Part shown: piece by piece, positions 1-11,666 of the stretch
Layout of the letters: each line of letters begins with the position of its first letter
Position numbering within the stretch: position 1 is the first letter of the stretch
Assembly: GCA_023231475.1 (NCBI GenBank)
Contig: JALJEE010000366.1
Span: 62,001-96,647 of the forward strand
Length of the DNA: 34,647 nt
Source of the DNA: Seison nebaliae
Lineage: Eukaryota
Direction: 5' to 3'
Translations under genes and position numbers: made by a program
Notes under the pieces: generated by a model
What the model saw: the letters and a program-made list of their open reading frames with translations, nothing else
What the model was told of the DNA's origin: nothing
Databases searched by the model: none

Positions 1-155
1 ATCGATGAGAGAATTGATTTCCTTTCTCATTTGATTGAACAACTCGATCGATTTTGGAAGAAGCGATCTCAATTGAATGAAGAATTCCAATCGATTTCGA
101 ATGAATTGAAAAAAGAAACAAATGAAGTTCATTTTAATCCAATTCTTAATGAAAA

Positions 156-197
<42 letters not shown>

Positions 198-3100
198 TGA
201 TGATAATAATGTTGATAATGTTGATATAAATAATCTCATTCTACGACAACATTATTCAATCGCTTCTAATCTTTTTTGGAATTCTACTCATCTTAATCGA
301 CAACAACAACAACAACAACAATCATCATTAGCAGATAATCAATTGGATTCTTCATCTTTATTTTCAATCGATTTCCTCCAACAACAAATGATCGATATCG
401 ATCAATATGATTGTCATTTTAATCAATTATTGAATGGGAATTCTGATGGAGAAGATGAAGAGAATTCATTAAAATTTCTCTTAAATGTCTTATTGCCCGA
501 ATTGTGTCGTATGTTCGACATATCTCAATCATTTCAAAAGAAGAATAAAGAAGTGAATCAAGAGAAACTTCTTATAATTGATTTGTGTGAAGAATTGGAT
601 AAGAAAGCGAATGATATTCAGAAAAATATCATTTCATTAAAAGATCAAATTGGATTAGTCGGAAATAATTATGAAATGTTTCAGAATCGTCTCGTCGCTC
701 TCACTCAATGGACGAGAGATATAGAATTGGAATTTCAATCAATTATCGATGAACATCAATTAATGAAATTATCTCAACATATCGATGAAATGAATGACAC
801 GAATAAATTATATCAAATCATTGATCAATTGTCAAATGTTCGACGGCAAATTTATGATCGAGGTGTCGTTTTGGAATGTCTCCGAACCGAATTCACTGAC
901 GCTCAACAAAGACTCGTAGAAACGAAAGAACAATTAGTGATTGATGAACAAATTCAAAAATTATTGAATAATCGAAAAGATCAAAACTCTTCAAACATTG
1001 AACATTCGAATGATGAGAAGATGGATCAGGATGATGAAATTTATTTCCTCAATGAAGATATTCAAAGAGATTTGGAGATGTTAAATGAGAGATGGAATAT
1101 TCTTATTGAACAATTGCAAATTTATTCCGATCTATTTAATCAACGACTTCTTCCATCCACCGATATCGCCACAACGGAGAACAACGAGAAACTTGAAGGA
1201 ATAGAAGGGAATGACGATAAATTGAATGAAATAGATAATGAGAAGATTCGTCAACAAATCGAATTGAAAGAACGATTAGTGACAAAAGAGCCGAAGATAA
1301 TTAACGTTAATAAAGAAACCGTTGACTTATGGAAAAAAACATCGATTCATTATTTAGAGAATTTTAAAAAATCAGAAGATAATTATATGAAATTATTTAA
1401 TCAATTCTATAGAGATATTTCTGATGATTATAAATTGGTAGGGAAAGAATTGATTAAAATCGATAATCGATCACTTCATTTACAATCATTATATGGTTTC
1501 CCAATTCAAGAGATTGAAGAGAATGGAGTTAACATACAGTTCGCTTATAATATTCATTCATTGAATAAATTGAAGATATTATCAGCTGAAGCGAATGTGT
1601 TAAGAAGTGACATCTCATCATATGATGGATCAATTGAATCGTTGAAGAATATTAAGATGAATTTATCTCCCGATGTATCAGATGATGAATTGAATGAAAT
1701 GATTGACAAGTTTGTGAAACGATATAATTTCATTTCCATCAATTCGAAATATCTTCATGAAAATATAGATGAATCATTATCGACGATTACCGTTAAAATT
1801 AATGAAATTAAAGATGCCATCATCTGGTTGAATGAACAAGAATTACAATTATTTAATCGTTCATCAAAGAAGATGTTGGTGAATTTGACAAATAATTCTC
1901 AATTGTCAATGATGAAATATGCGAAAGAACAATTGACATCATTTATGAATAAGACGAATCAATTCTCTCACAGTCAAGTCGTATTCGATGAATTAATAAA
2001 AGAAATTGATGATTTGATGTTGGAAGAGAATTATTTGACGGATGACAATGACGAGTTGAGGAATATTCATTTGAAATTGAAAGATAAATATTTGTCCATT
2101 CAACAACGAATAACAAAACAAACTCAGAAGTATGAAGAGAATTTGAAGTCGATTGAAACTTTCGAAATGGATTTATCTAATTTCTCCAATTGGTTGTCTA
2201 TGATTATGAATGAGTTACAACAACAATATGGACAAATGCCTCCTGGTAGTTGTCTGGATACGATTGAGAGACAGATCGAATTACATGAAACACATATCAT
2301 GTCACCGATACAGGAACATCGAGATCATCTCCAACAATTAGATCGTTTAGGAAATCAATTACGAGTAACAGTTCGTAAACCGGACGCTGTCTATATAAAG
2401 AATTCGTTGATTGGTCAACAGAAGCGATGGCAGAAATTGCAGACGTCATGTAATACGAGAGCGATGGAATTGGAACGAGCAATGAAACATTCGAAAGAGT
2501 TTTATGATAAATGGCACGAACAGATGAGTTGGATTCAAGAAAGAATTTCTTTATTAGATTCTCCAACTTATTGTTCCATCGACAACCATCAGGTGATGGC
2601 GAAACGTGAAGATTTATTGAATTTCGTCAATGACAAATTGCAACAACATCATTATCTGTTAATGGAGATTTCATGTAAACAATCGAATTTCGAAAATTTA
2701 TGTCGACAAGGAAAACGATTACGTGATCGGATATCAGTCAATAATCTTGTTCCATCTTCATTTCTCATAAATAATCAATCATTACAATTGTCCAATGGAA
2801 ATGTTGATCAATTGAATGAAATGGATCGTATGACAATGATGAGTTCGACTGATAGTCAAACCATATCACTCCCGAAAACTAATGAGAATGATACAAATTC
2901 ATTTAATGATCGACATGTCCTTCAAATAATGAATAAAGATTTGAAAGAATCATGGTCAGAACTTCAACGATTAGCTAATGATAGACAACAGGAATTAGAT
3001 GATATTTTAGCGTCATGTGGAGAATTTAAGAGATTAGTATCTCGTCTCCGATTATGGGGCGAACAAGTGCTACAAACATATTTAAATGATGAACAATTAG

Positions 3101-6100
3101 TTTGTGGTGATTTGAATACAGTAATTTCATTACAAGAAGATCATTCAGAATTCCTTCAAGAAATGTCTACGAAAATCGAACAGACAATTCATTTACAAGA
3201 GATGGCGAACAATTTCTTTCGAATGAATGAGAATAAGAATGATGATGAATTAATGAAAGATATCCGAATGGAATTTGATGATGTTATCGATACGATGAAT
3301 CAAGTGAAATCGAGAGCAGAACAACGTTCTCGTCGTTTGGATGACGCTTTGAAATTGGCAGAAGATTTTACTTCAAATTCCACATCAGTTCTCGATTGGT
3401 TGTTCAAAGAAGCACAATTACAATTAGAGTATCCGGATGATTTATCACTTTTCCTCAATACAAAATCAACAAAGAATGAAGATGATAATGAGATTGAAGT
3501 ATTGGAAACGAATGAGAATAATCAATACTCTCAACTCTTCACTCAATTATTGATGACGAAAGATAATGAGAATGATGAACAATTAATGAATATGAAATCG
3601 ATGTTGAATCAATTAATTCTTCTAATTGATCATGAAAATGAGAATGATGATTCATCAATCATTTCTCTTATTACATCTGATCAATATGCGAGATATACTG
3701 ATCGATTAATGCACATGGATCAACAAAATTATTCAGAAAATGAATTTGAAGAAATTGAAGAAATCGATCGAGAATTGATTGAAGAACGAATTCCAACATC
3801 TAAAGCACAATTAGATATGAGACAAATCTCTTCATTTCTTCGTTCAATGATTCGATTAGCAACTGATGTGGTTAGTGAACGATTCACTGATTTAGAATTG
3901 AAGAAACAATTCACATTGGAACATTTTCGAAATGATTTCCTCCAACAACAATTGTTCGAAAAGAAACATTCGGAAATATGTCGAGTGATGTTATTGGGAG
4001 AATCAATTCTCGCTTCGGCTCATCCTTCAGCAATTCCAGTAATTGACGATTGTTTGAAACAAATCGATCGTTGTTGGAAGGAAACGGTGGAAATGACGAA
4101 ATTGAAATTCATTTGGTTACATGTCATTCAGAGAGTTATTGATAATTATGAAAAGAATATTGATGAATATATTTCTTGGTTGAGACAAACGGAACAAGGT
4201 CTCATTCATGAGATCAATTCAACTGACGGAATTATTGTTGAGAAATGTCGAGAATGTATGACGAATATTCAACAATCCAATTCTCAACCTGATCAACAAT
4301 TGACGAGAACATCATCATTTTCATCACTCCAATCAGTTGATGATATCAATCATCGATTATCAATTGATGAAACGAATAATCTAAAAGAAATGGTAATTCA
4401 ACGAATCGAAGAAAATTCTCAATTACAAACTCTCATTAATAAACATCGGAAACGTGTCGAATTTCTTATTCATAATGTCAATCAAAAGAAATTTCTTTCG
4501 GATACATCATCTGAGAAAGTTTTATTACAAAAATATCGACAATTGGCAATCGATTGTTTCCAGATTGATCATTATCCAAATGAGAAATTAATGAAATCAA
4601 ATAATATGAATAATCGATATAATCGATCAAAATTATCGATCGATGGTCATCTCCAAAAATGTGATTCCCAATTATCATTAGCATCTAATATTACAAATTA
4701 CAGTAATCGAAATATAATTCCATCAGCATCATTTCAAACATCACAAATTCAATCATCTCAATCCATTCAACATTTGGCAAATGATTCAAAAATTCGTCCT
4801 CCTACTAAAACTCATTCCGATATGACGAATACGGTAGAGAAATGTTCAAAACTTTATCAACGAATAACTGATGTGGATGATATGGATAATAAATTCTCCA
4901 CTCCTGCCAAATCGAAAATTCGTCCTCCATCTCAACTTAAACAGAATATGAAGAATATTATTCCAATTAAATCTCCAGTTGTTCTCGCCAGATTGTGGTA
5001 TTCCATTATGAGTAAAAGTGATGAACGAATGAAATTTCTTGAAACATATTATCAATTAATTATCGATATGGATAATTTCCGTTCATTTGATTTTGGTGAT
5101 TGGTGTTCCAGGTTCATCATTTCTTTTCTAATTTTAATATTGAATTCTCATTTTTAGATATATGGAATTCATTCGAGTAAAACGTGCTAGAGTTATGGAT
5201 TTCTTTAGGAAACTGGATAAAGATCGTGATGATAAAGTCAGTTATTCGGAATTCATTGAGGGAATTCTTCTCTCTAATTTCCCAACATCTCGTCTCGAAA
5301 TGAATTCTGTCGTCAAACATTTTGATAAGAATAACCAAAATTTTATAACTTATAAAAATTTCTTTCAAAATCTTCGACCATATCGCGATCAAGTTAAATT
5401 TAATTTAATTTTTCTCATTTTTCATTCCTCTGTTTAGCCGGCACCAACAATTTATAATTTGAATGAGATTAGTGATCGATCGACAGGTAAGACGACAATT
5501 ACACCAGATAGACCCAAATTTGAAATGAAGAAAGTGAAACGAGAAGTTCGAAAACAATTGAACATGTGTAATTGTCAAGATAAATTTCGAATTCAATCAG
5601 TCGCTGAAGGGAAATATCGAGTTCGAATTTTTTTTTATGACTAAATCTAAAACTTTTTATTTTCCACTTCTTTTTATAATAGTTTGGAGAATCACAAAAA
5701 TTAAGATTAGTTCGAATTTTACAATCCACAGTAATGGTACGTGTTGGTGGTGGGTGGGTTGCATTGGATGAATATCTCACGAAACAAGATCCTTGTCGAG
5801 GTTCATTTCTCATTTTATTTTTAATTATTTTCATTCTCTTAAATTTAATAGCTCATGGGAAAACGAATATGGAATTACGTCAACCATTTCTATTAGGAAA
5901 TAATGCATATCATTATAAGAATTATGGACGAATTAACAATGTGCAAAATTGTGACATTCAAACGGGAATAACAACTTTATCTCCCAATTCCAATCGAACA
6001 TCAAATCCATCTCCCAGAAGTCAAATATCAGATTCTCGTAGTCAAACACCAGATCGTACAGTGATGAAAAGTAAAATTCCGCGATTGAGTACGAAAAAGA

Positions 6101-6720
6101 AACAAATCGGAAATAATTCAAATACATCATCGTTGAATGAATTCAATCATTTACATATTGGGAATAGTAGTTCGAGTAAATTGTCGACGGATATGATGAA
6201 TAATGGTCATTTATTAATGGAACAAAATTCAAATTCTCCTAATTCCGTCGATATTATTAAGAAGATTAATAATTTAGAATTGTGGAATAGTATTCAACAA
6301 GTACAACGTGATGCTTCTGGACATCGTTCATCACGTTGTAAACAACACGATCAAAATTGTCAATTATATCGACGAACTCCAAAAATTATGAATGATAATC
6401 GACATTCACCTTCCAATTCGATTGGAGATAAATATCAAGAAATTCAATCTATTCGTCGCAATCAATTCCCTTTACCAACACTCAATCTAACAACAACAAC
6501 AGCAACAACAGTGACACCAAATGTGACGTCGTCCGTTTCTTCTTCAGCAACTTCATTCGTGAATGGAATGACGATAGAAAAAGAAGAAAATGGAAATTTA
6601 AAGAAATTTATGGGAAATATTCCTAAAAATCATTTATCAGAAGAAGAAGAAGAGAGAGAAGAAGATGAAAAGAATAATTCTATCGATTCAAATGAAGTTG
6701 CTAAAAAAGAAGAAAACTAG
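1..6720 (+). CDS. MACF1: Spectraplakin (MACF1/dystonin/short stop-like), 5'-truncated by the window edge
   Basis: The frame is open from base 1. Inferred exons: <1-5111, 5158-5392, 5438-5620, 5683-5800, 5852-6720 (introns 46, 45, 62, 51 bp). Contains Trp-bearing spectrin-repeat helices, the [37 protein letters not shown]-hand region, the GAS2/GAR domain ([67 protein letters not shown]) and a Ser-rich tail with an SKIP (SxIP) motif at 6070-6081. Confidence 0.95.
157..195 (+). repeat. (AAT)13 coding microsatellite encoding poly-Asn in the spectraplakin
   Basis: Perfect AAT run, in frame, matching the 13 consecutive N in the ORF translation. Confidence 0.95.
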
Positions 6721-7118
6721 TAAAATGTTAAAGAAAAATTTTATAGAATTCTATTTTATTTATTTGTTCATCATCGATAAATGATTAATTGAACTTGTTT
6801 GTTAAATATTCTCTCCTCCTATTTCTTCTCATCGAGTTATCCTGTTTCTGGTGACTGATGAGTAAAATGGAAAAATTATTCATTAATGATCGATTACTTC
6901 TAATTTTATTACATCTTCCCGTCATTTTGTCTTCATTGGAGGAACTGTCTACTACCACCTGTTTCTCGTTCGTTTCCATTTAATTAAAACTGAATTTTTC
7001 AACAATTCCATCTCAACATTTTTCAATAATCTCTCTCTTCATTTTATCTTTCATCTCACGATCGATCATCTCTTTTAAAGAGCTCTTTTATTCAATTTGC
7101 ATTTATTCGTCACATTCA

Positions 7119-7655
7119 ATGAAATCTAATAAATTATTACTTATAACAATCTCAATTATTTTCATTCAATCCACTACATCACTTGAAGTTTCTTTCTATT
7201 TTAGTGAAATTCTTAAATAAAACTCTTAGAAATTAAAACTATCACATACGGAATATATGAATGAATTTCGAAAATTAGTTAGAAATTTTTCACATTTAGA
7301 AATATTTTTATTAAATTGACAGGACGTCGATGAGAAGGATCATTTTTGGAATGAGATGTGGGAAAGTTTCGCCGAGGTTTCTAATATGTTCTACTAATTC
7401 AATAATTCTTTTTATTCAATAATTTCTTTTTATAAATAAATTTCAGTTTCAGAAAAGTTCTTTGAATAAGATTTTTAAAGTTTTCATCTTCTTCTATTTT
7501 TCTCATTATTCAAATTGATTCATTATATTTTTAAGAAAAAGAAATGTATTACAAAAACCCAAAAGTTTTCCATCATACTCAACTATCTTGGAGTACCTAC
7601 CAAACCATTAAAAACAGCAACGATGGCACCACCATACGTCAGAGAATATTTGTAA
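7119..7655 (+). CDS. Small putative secreted protein, 107 aa, five symmetric (phase-0) exons; not in the ORF track
   Basis: Exons 7119-7187 (69 nt), 7230-7277 (48), 7323-7376 (54), 7447-7479 (33), 7536-7655 (120); GTT..AG introns of 42, 45, 70 and 56 bp. Product: MKSNKLLLITISIIFIQSTTSLE-KLKLSHTEYMNEFRKL-DVDEKDHFWNEMWESFAE-FQKSSLNKIFK-KKKCITKTQKFSIILNYLGVPTKPLKTATMAPPYVREYL*. Exon 1 looks like a signal peptide. No homology recognised. Confidence 0.72.
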
Positions 7656-7797
7656 GAAATTTTCTGTTGATTGTGAAATAAAATAATTTTTGAAATTGTT
7701 CCATCTAACATTGAAGAATAATTGATAGATGGAAGAAAATTATGATGGAAGTGATTCGGTTGAAAGATAATCAGTTAATTTAATAACTGATGATAAT

Positions 7798-8664
7798 TTA
7801 TGGTACTAAATTATTAATTTGTCTTCGTTTAATCATTTCTTTAAATTGTCCAAGAATTTGAGTTTCACGATGTGCTCTCGCATCCGTACTAAATCTCAAA
7901 AGAATTCGTTTCTCATCCGCTGAATAAATTTGACTTTCTTTCCTCAAACGAACTGCTTCCATTCGACGATGTCGTGATCCACTCATTACGTATCCTAATA
8001 CTTCGAATTTTTCGATTTCATTAGAAGTTAATCCGATTTCTCCTCTTCTCGGAATACGTTTTCCATCTTTAACATATTTCGCCATCGCTTCACCTTCACC
8101 AGGCAACAAATCTTTTCCATAATTCAATCGATATAATTTATTCGATTCATCAGGAAGACAATCAGACAATGTTGGTCCAATAGTGACGTCAGCTACTTTC
8201 TCCTTTTTCTTCGAAGAGAAGTCATTCACATTCCCTTCATCATCTGAATTATCGGAATCACTTAACAATCGACAATAAGTCAAAGCATTTATATCATCAT
8301 TTTCAACAGACGAATTGGAATTAGATGTCGAACCGTCCAATCTAGAAAGTATGGAATTGATCAATTTTATTAATTTTCCTTCATTGTTATCTTCATCATC
8401 ATTTCGATCGTCCTCTTTCGCTTTCTTCTTACCAATAATTCTTTCATTTAGACGCTCCATAAATTCCTGTTTTCGCTTCTCATTCTTAGCACTTTGTTCT
8501 CGTTTTCGTTTCCTTCTTTCTTCTCGTCGTCTTTCCTGATCCAATTTTGTCTTGTCAATTCCTCGATCGTTTAATGTTTGGTCATCCGGTCGTTCGGGTT
8601 CTTTACTCCATATTCCAGGAAAACCTTTAATTGCAATCTCTTCTCTTTTTTGTAATTGATTCAT
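7798..8664 (-). CDS. NKAP: NF-kappa-B-activating protein (NKAP family), 288 aa
   Basis: Conserved C-terminal domain [72 protein letters not shown]. First ATG at 8664; the ORF track's TTG start at 8685 falls in a probable 43-bp 5'UTR intron (8721-8679, GTTTTT..CAG). Confidence 0.95.
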   Translation of the reverse strand: MNQLQKREEIAIKGFPGIWSKEPERPDDQTLNDRGIDKTKLDQERRREERRKRKREQSAKNEKRKQEFMERLNERIIGKKKAKEDDRNDDEDNNEGKLIKLINSILSRLDGSTSNSNSSVENDDINALTYCRLLSDSDNSDDEGNVNDFSSKKKEKVADVTIGPTLSDCLPDESNKLYRLNYGKDLLPGEGEAMAKYVKDGKRIPRRGEIGLTSNEIEKFEVLGYVMSGSRHRRMEAVRLRKESQIYSADEKRILLRFSTDARAHRETQILGQFKEMIKRRQINNLVP

Positions 8665-11600
8665 CTTACGATAATCAACTGACAAATGACGAAATATATG
8701 TGAAAATAATAAGTTAAAAACAATTTGAAGCTTAAAATTTGATATTTTATTTTTTCCAATAAGCTTTTTGGTGTAAAATAAAGTGATTTCTTAAAATTTC
8801 AAATAACATCTAATATTTCTCCAAATCTACAATGATAGTGACTTATTTCAATCCCATGCTCTTTCTAAAATTATATGACCATTGAAGCATCGTTTACAAT
8901 TTTCATTCATCTTGCTCTAACGATATTATATTGCTAGAATGTGCAATTCCCGATATGTTGTTTGATAATATAATTTCTGAAGGAATTTCCGAATAATGAC
9001 CACGCTTTGTGCCCGACAAAGGAATTTCTTCCATAATACGAATATGATTCCTTCATCAAACATTTAAATTGATTTTTCTTTATTATTTAAAAACAAATTT
9101 TCTTAAATCGATCATTTTTACAATTTTCTTCGTTGTGTTCTAATTTGGTCTTACCATTTCTGCTGATCATTTAATTATGTTTTTCATATTATGTTTAATT
9201 TAATATCTTTAAAAACAAAACGACGCTTAAAATTTGTTTATTAAATATCGTTATTAACCAATTTCTTAAAGTTTAATTTAATTCCATTGAATTTTCTAGA
9301 AAACTACTTAAGCTACTACATGACACACGAATAATATATACTAATTATATTATAAATTTTTAATTTAATTTCTTGTCGTCTGTCGGAAATCCGACTTGCG
9401 TAATAATAATCATAATACTCAGGTAGTTCAAGAAAAATGTTCTTATTTGCATTTACTAATTGTTTTCCTTCGCTATTTATTGACATTTAATACAATGTAT
9501 TTTCTTTTGCCAATATTCGTTTGGTTCAAATATTATCATTCTTTAACATTTATCTTACTAAAAATAACTTCCAATTGAACAAAGTACTATATGCAATTGA
9601 AGTAGGAACTCATTCATTATAGTTAATGTCAGAATATAGCATAGGTGTTGCTAAGCAGATTTTCAATAAAGAATTGGAGTAGGATAATGAAATGATTAGT
9701 GCTTTTTGGCTTTTCGACCCAGTTTAACAAGCAGTTCTCAACAATGAGAGTGCTGCGATCTTTGTCCAGTGTCAAGAGTATAATGAGACACTTCCGTTCG
9801 ACAATTATTTCTCGTATAATTACTTCGCTTTTACAAGAACAACATGAACCTGTGATTATTTTGTTGCCATCTGCTTTTTCCGCTCAGGCGATAAAAAGAA
9901 AACATCTTTTATCATTAAATCCACTTCAAGGATTATTGAATGCACTGAAAGGAACTCTTCCTACTATATTGTAATTAATTCGATTCTGTTGAAAATATTG
10001 GATTAATAACATATTGCTTGCATGAGAATGTATTTTGATACATTTTACTTCTTCATTTCGTTCTTTCCTCATCTTTCGACTGACAACAGAAGGAAAATTG
10101 TGGAAGGGAATTAGTGAATCGAAGTAGGAACAGAATATAGTTGTTGTCGGGAAAGAAGTGTCGGTCTTTCAATGAATTCGAAATGTGTTTAATAGGAAAA
10201 TTTATTCCGATTATATTCCGCAGATTATTTCTAATGAAAATATAACGTCATTGTCATCAAATTATTATCATGGGCATTATCAGTTATTTATTAGAGTATG
10301 CATCTACCACGAATCGATTGACGTGTAGTCTTCTGACACATAGGAAATTTCCAGTTTTCTTTCTTAATTAAACCAAGTACAAGAAAAAAGAGATGAATAG
10401 AAAGAGAGAAGAACGTAATTCGTCATTTTCATAATATAGTATTCTCCATTATTTCGTCTCCGTAGTCGAAAATCGATAATGCTTCTAAATGCAAATACGA
10501 TCGTTCATATTCACTCCATATATACATACATAAGGATACTTTTATTCAAATATATACAATAATTATTCTGATAATAAGTTTCCTTTCATTCTTCATTTAC
10601 CACCCCGCTACACATATGCTCTTTAGCAAATGAAGAGGCATATGTTGAAAGGAGTCGCGCGAATGCAGTTTTCGTCAAAACGAAAGAAGGAAAATGCATT
10701 CATTCCATCTTATTCGTTATACGTACTGATTATTCTTATTGTTCGTGCTACCTATATCCAATACAGAGACACATAGAATAATATATGTTTCCATAAATTT
10801 CCATTCTCTATCACATTCTCTTTCGACAAGGGACAAGTACGTGGTGATGTTATTTCCGTCGACTAAATCTTATATTAGTGCGACGTATACCAGATGGAGT
10901 AATAGATATATAGTTCTACATCTTAAATATATTCAAGTGTGCAGTGCAAATATATGAGGAATTGTATTTGGATATATAATGAAATATATGAGATCTGGTG
11001 TCATGTCCGCTTAATTGAACTGGACTGTCATCGAAAATTTTCGTAGAAAATGTTTTCCGATATAAAAAAATCTTTTTTTCCTTCACTACGCTGTCAATGA
11101 TCTTATGTTCTCTTATCATACAACAGAATCGATTGTATGCACCTAATAGAATTATTGTGCCGATTAATTATTCTCCTTTTGGTGTTTCCTGCTGAAGCAA
11201 TGGAATCATATATTCTATAGTTTCCTCCTTGTCCATTGTTCATGTATGTTCATTAATTTTCTAATGATTACTCTCTTGCATTTGTCGAGGTATTTTGTTA
11301 TGACAAATTATTATTATTATTTTCATTGATCATATTGGAAAACCGTTTAAAGTGATTTGACATAATTAGTGTTTGATATGTGAATTTCTTTCTTAAATGA
11401 CACGAATTGGGAAATTCAGGAATATATATTATTTATCTTCCGACAATCCACTATGTCTCCATCCAGCATATAAGATGTATTCTTAATTTATCTATTATTT
11501 TATATGAACAATTCTTTCATCTTTCTTAGAAAATAATTTCTTCTTGCCTACTCTCACTCTTCGGTGAATCATTCGATTCAAAATTGATCCGTCAGCAGCA

Positions 11601-11666
11601 AAGAGGCAGCGACTACAAGTAAATAAAGAAACAACTATTTCTATTGATAATCTGCACAATTCAAAG

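Noticed and set aside
5801..5851. Apparent transmembrane segment ([16 protein letters not shown]) after the GAS2 domain in ORF 5734-6720
   Set aside because: It is a stop-free 51-bp T-rich intron. Removing it restores the conserved [14 protein letters not shown]. The in-frame introns 25479-25523 and 30270-30320 produce the same artefact.
1554..6130. Short minus-strand ORFs overlapping the spectraplakin (and similar shadows over NKAP, SLC35B2, mucolipin, 28511-30601 and the LRR gene)
   Set aside because: Antisense shadows of real coding sequence with no independent motifs or splice support.
6785..6979. 64-aa minus-strand ORF between the spectraplakin and the small secreted gene
   Set aside because: No recognisable motif. 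It lies in the probable 3'UTR/promoter interval, and no convincing spliced model could be built.
8679..8721. Acceptor-like sites just upstream of the NKAP ATG (and of the SLC35B2 ATG at 24227) as evidence of spliced-leader trans-splicing or operons
   Set aside because: The NKAP acceptor pairs with a GTT donor to form an ordinary 43-bp cis 5'UTR intron, and the SLC35B2 site also has possible upstream donors. Trans-splicing cannot be supported from DNA alone.
9288..9302. Perfect heat-shock element-like GAAttTTCtaGAA (and TCTAGA clusters near 20049-20088 and 27087-27111)
   Set aside because: Such a match is plausible by chance in 35 kb of very AT-rich DNA, and no heat-shock gene is adjacent.
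8900..9974. Protein-like short frames upstream of NKAP (e.g. minus-strand MEEIPLSGTKRGHYSEIPSE.. and MSINSEGKQLVNANKNIFLELPEYYDYYY..; plus-strand ORF 9699-9974)
   Set aside because: They could not be joined by phase-compatible introns, and no homology was recognised. RNA-seq would be needed.
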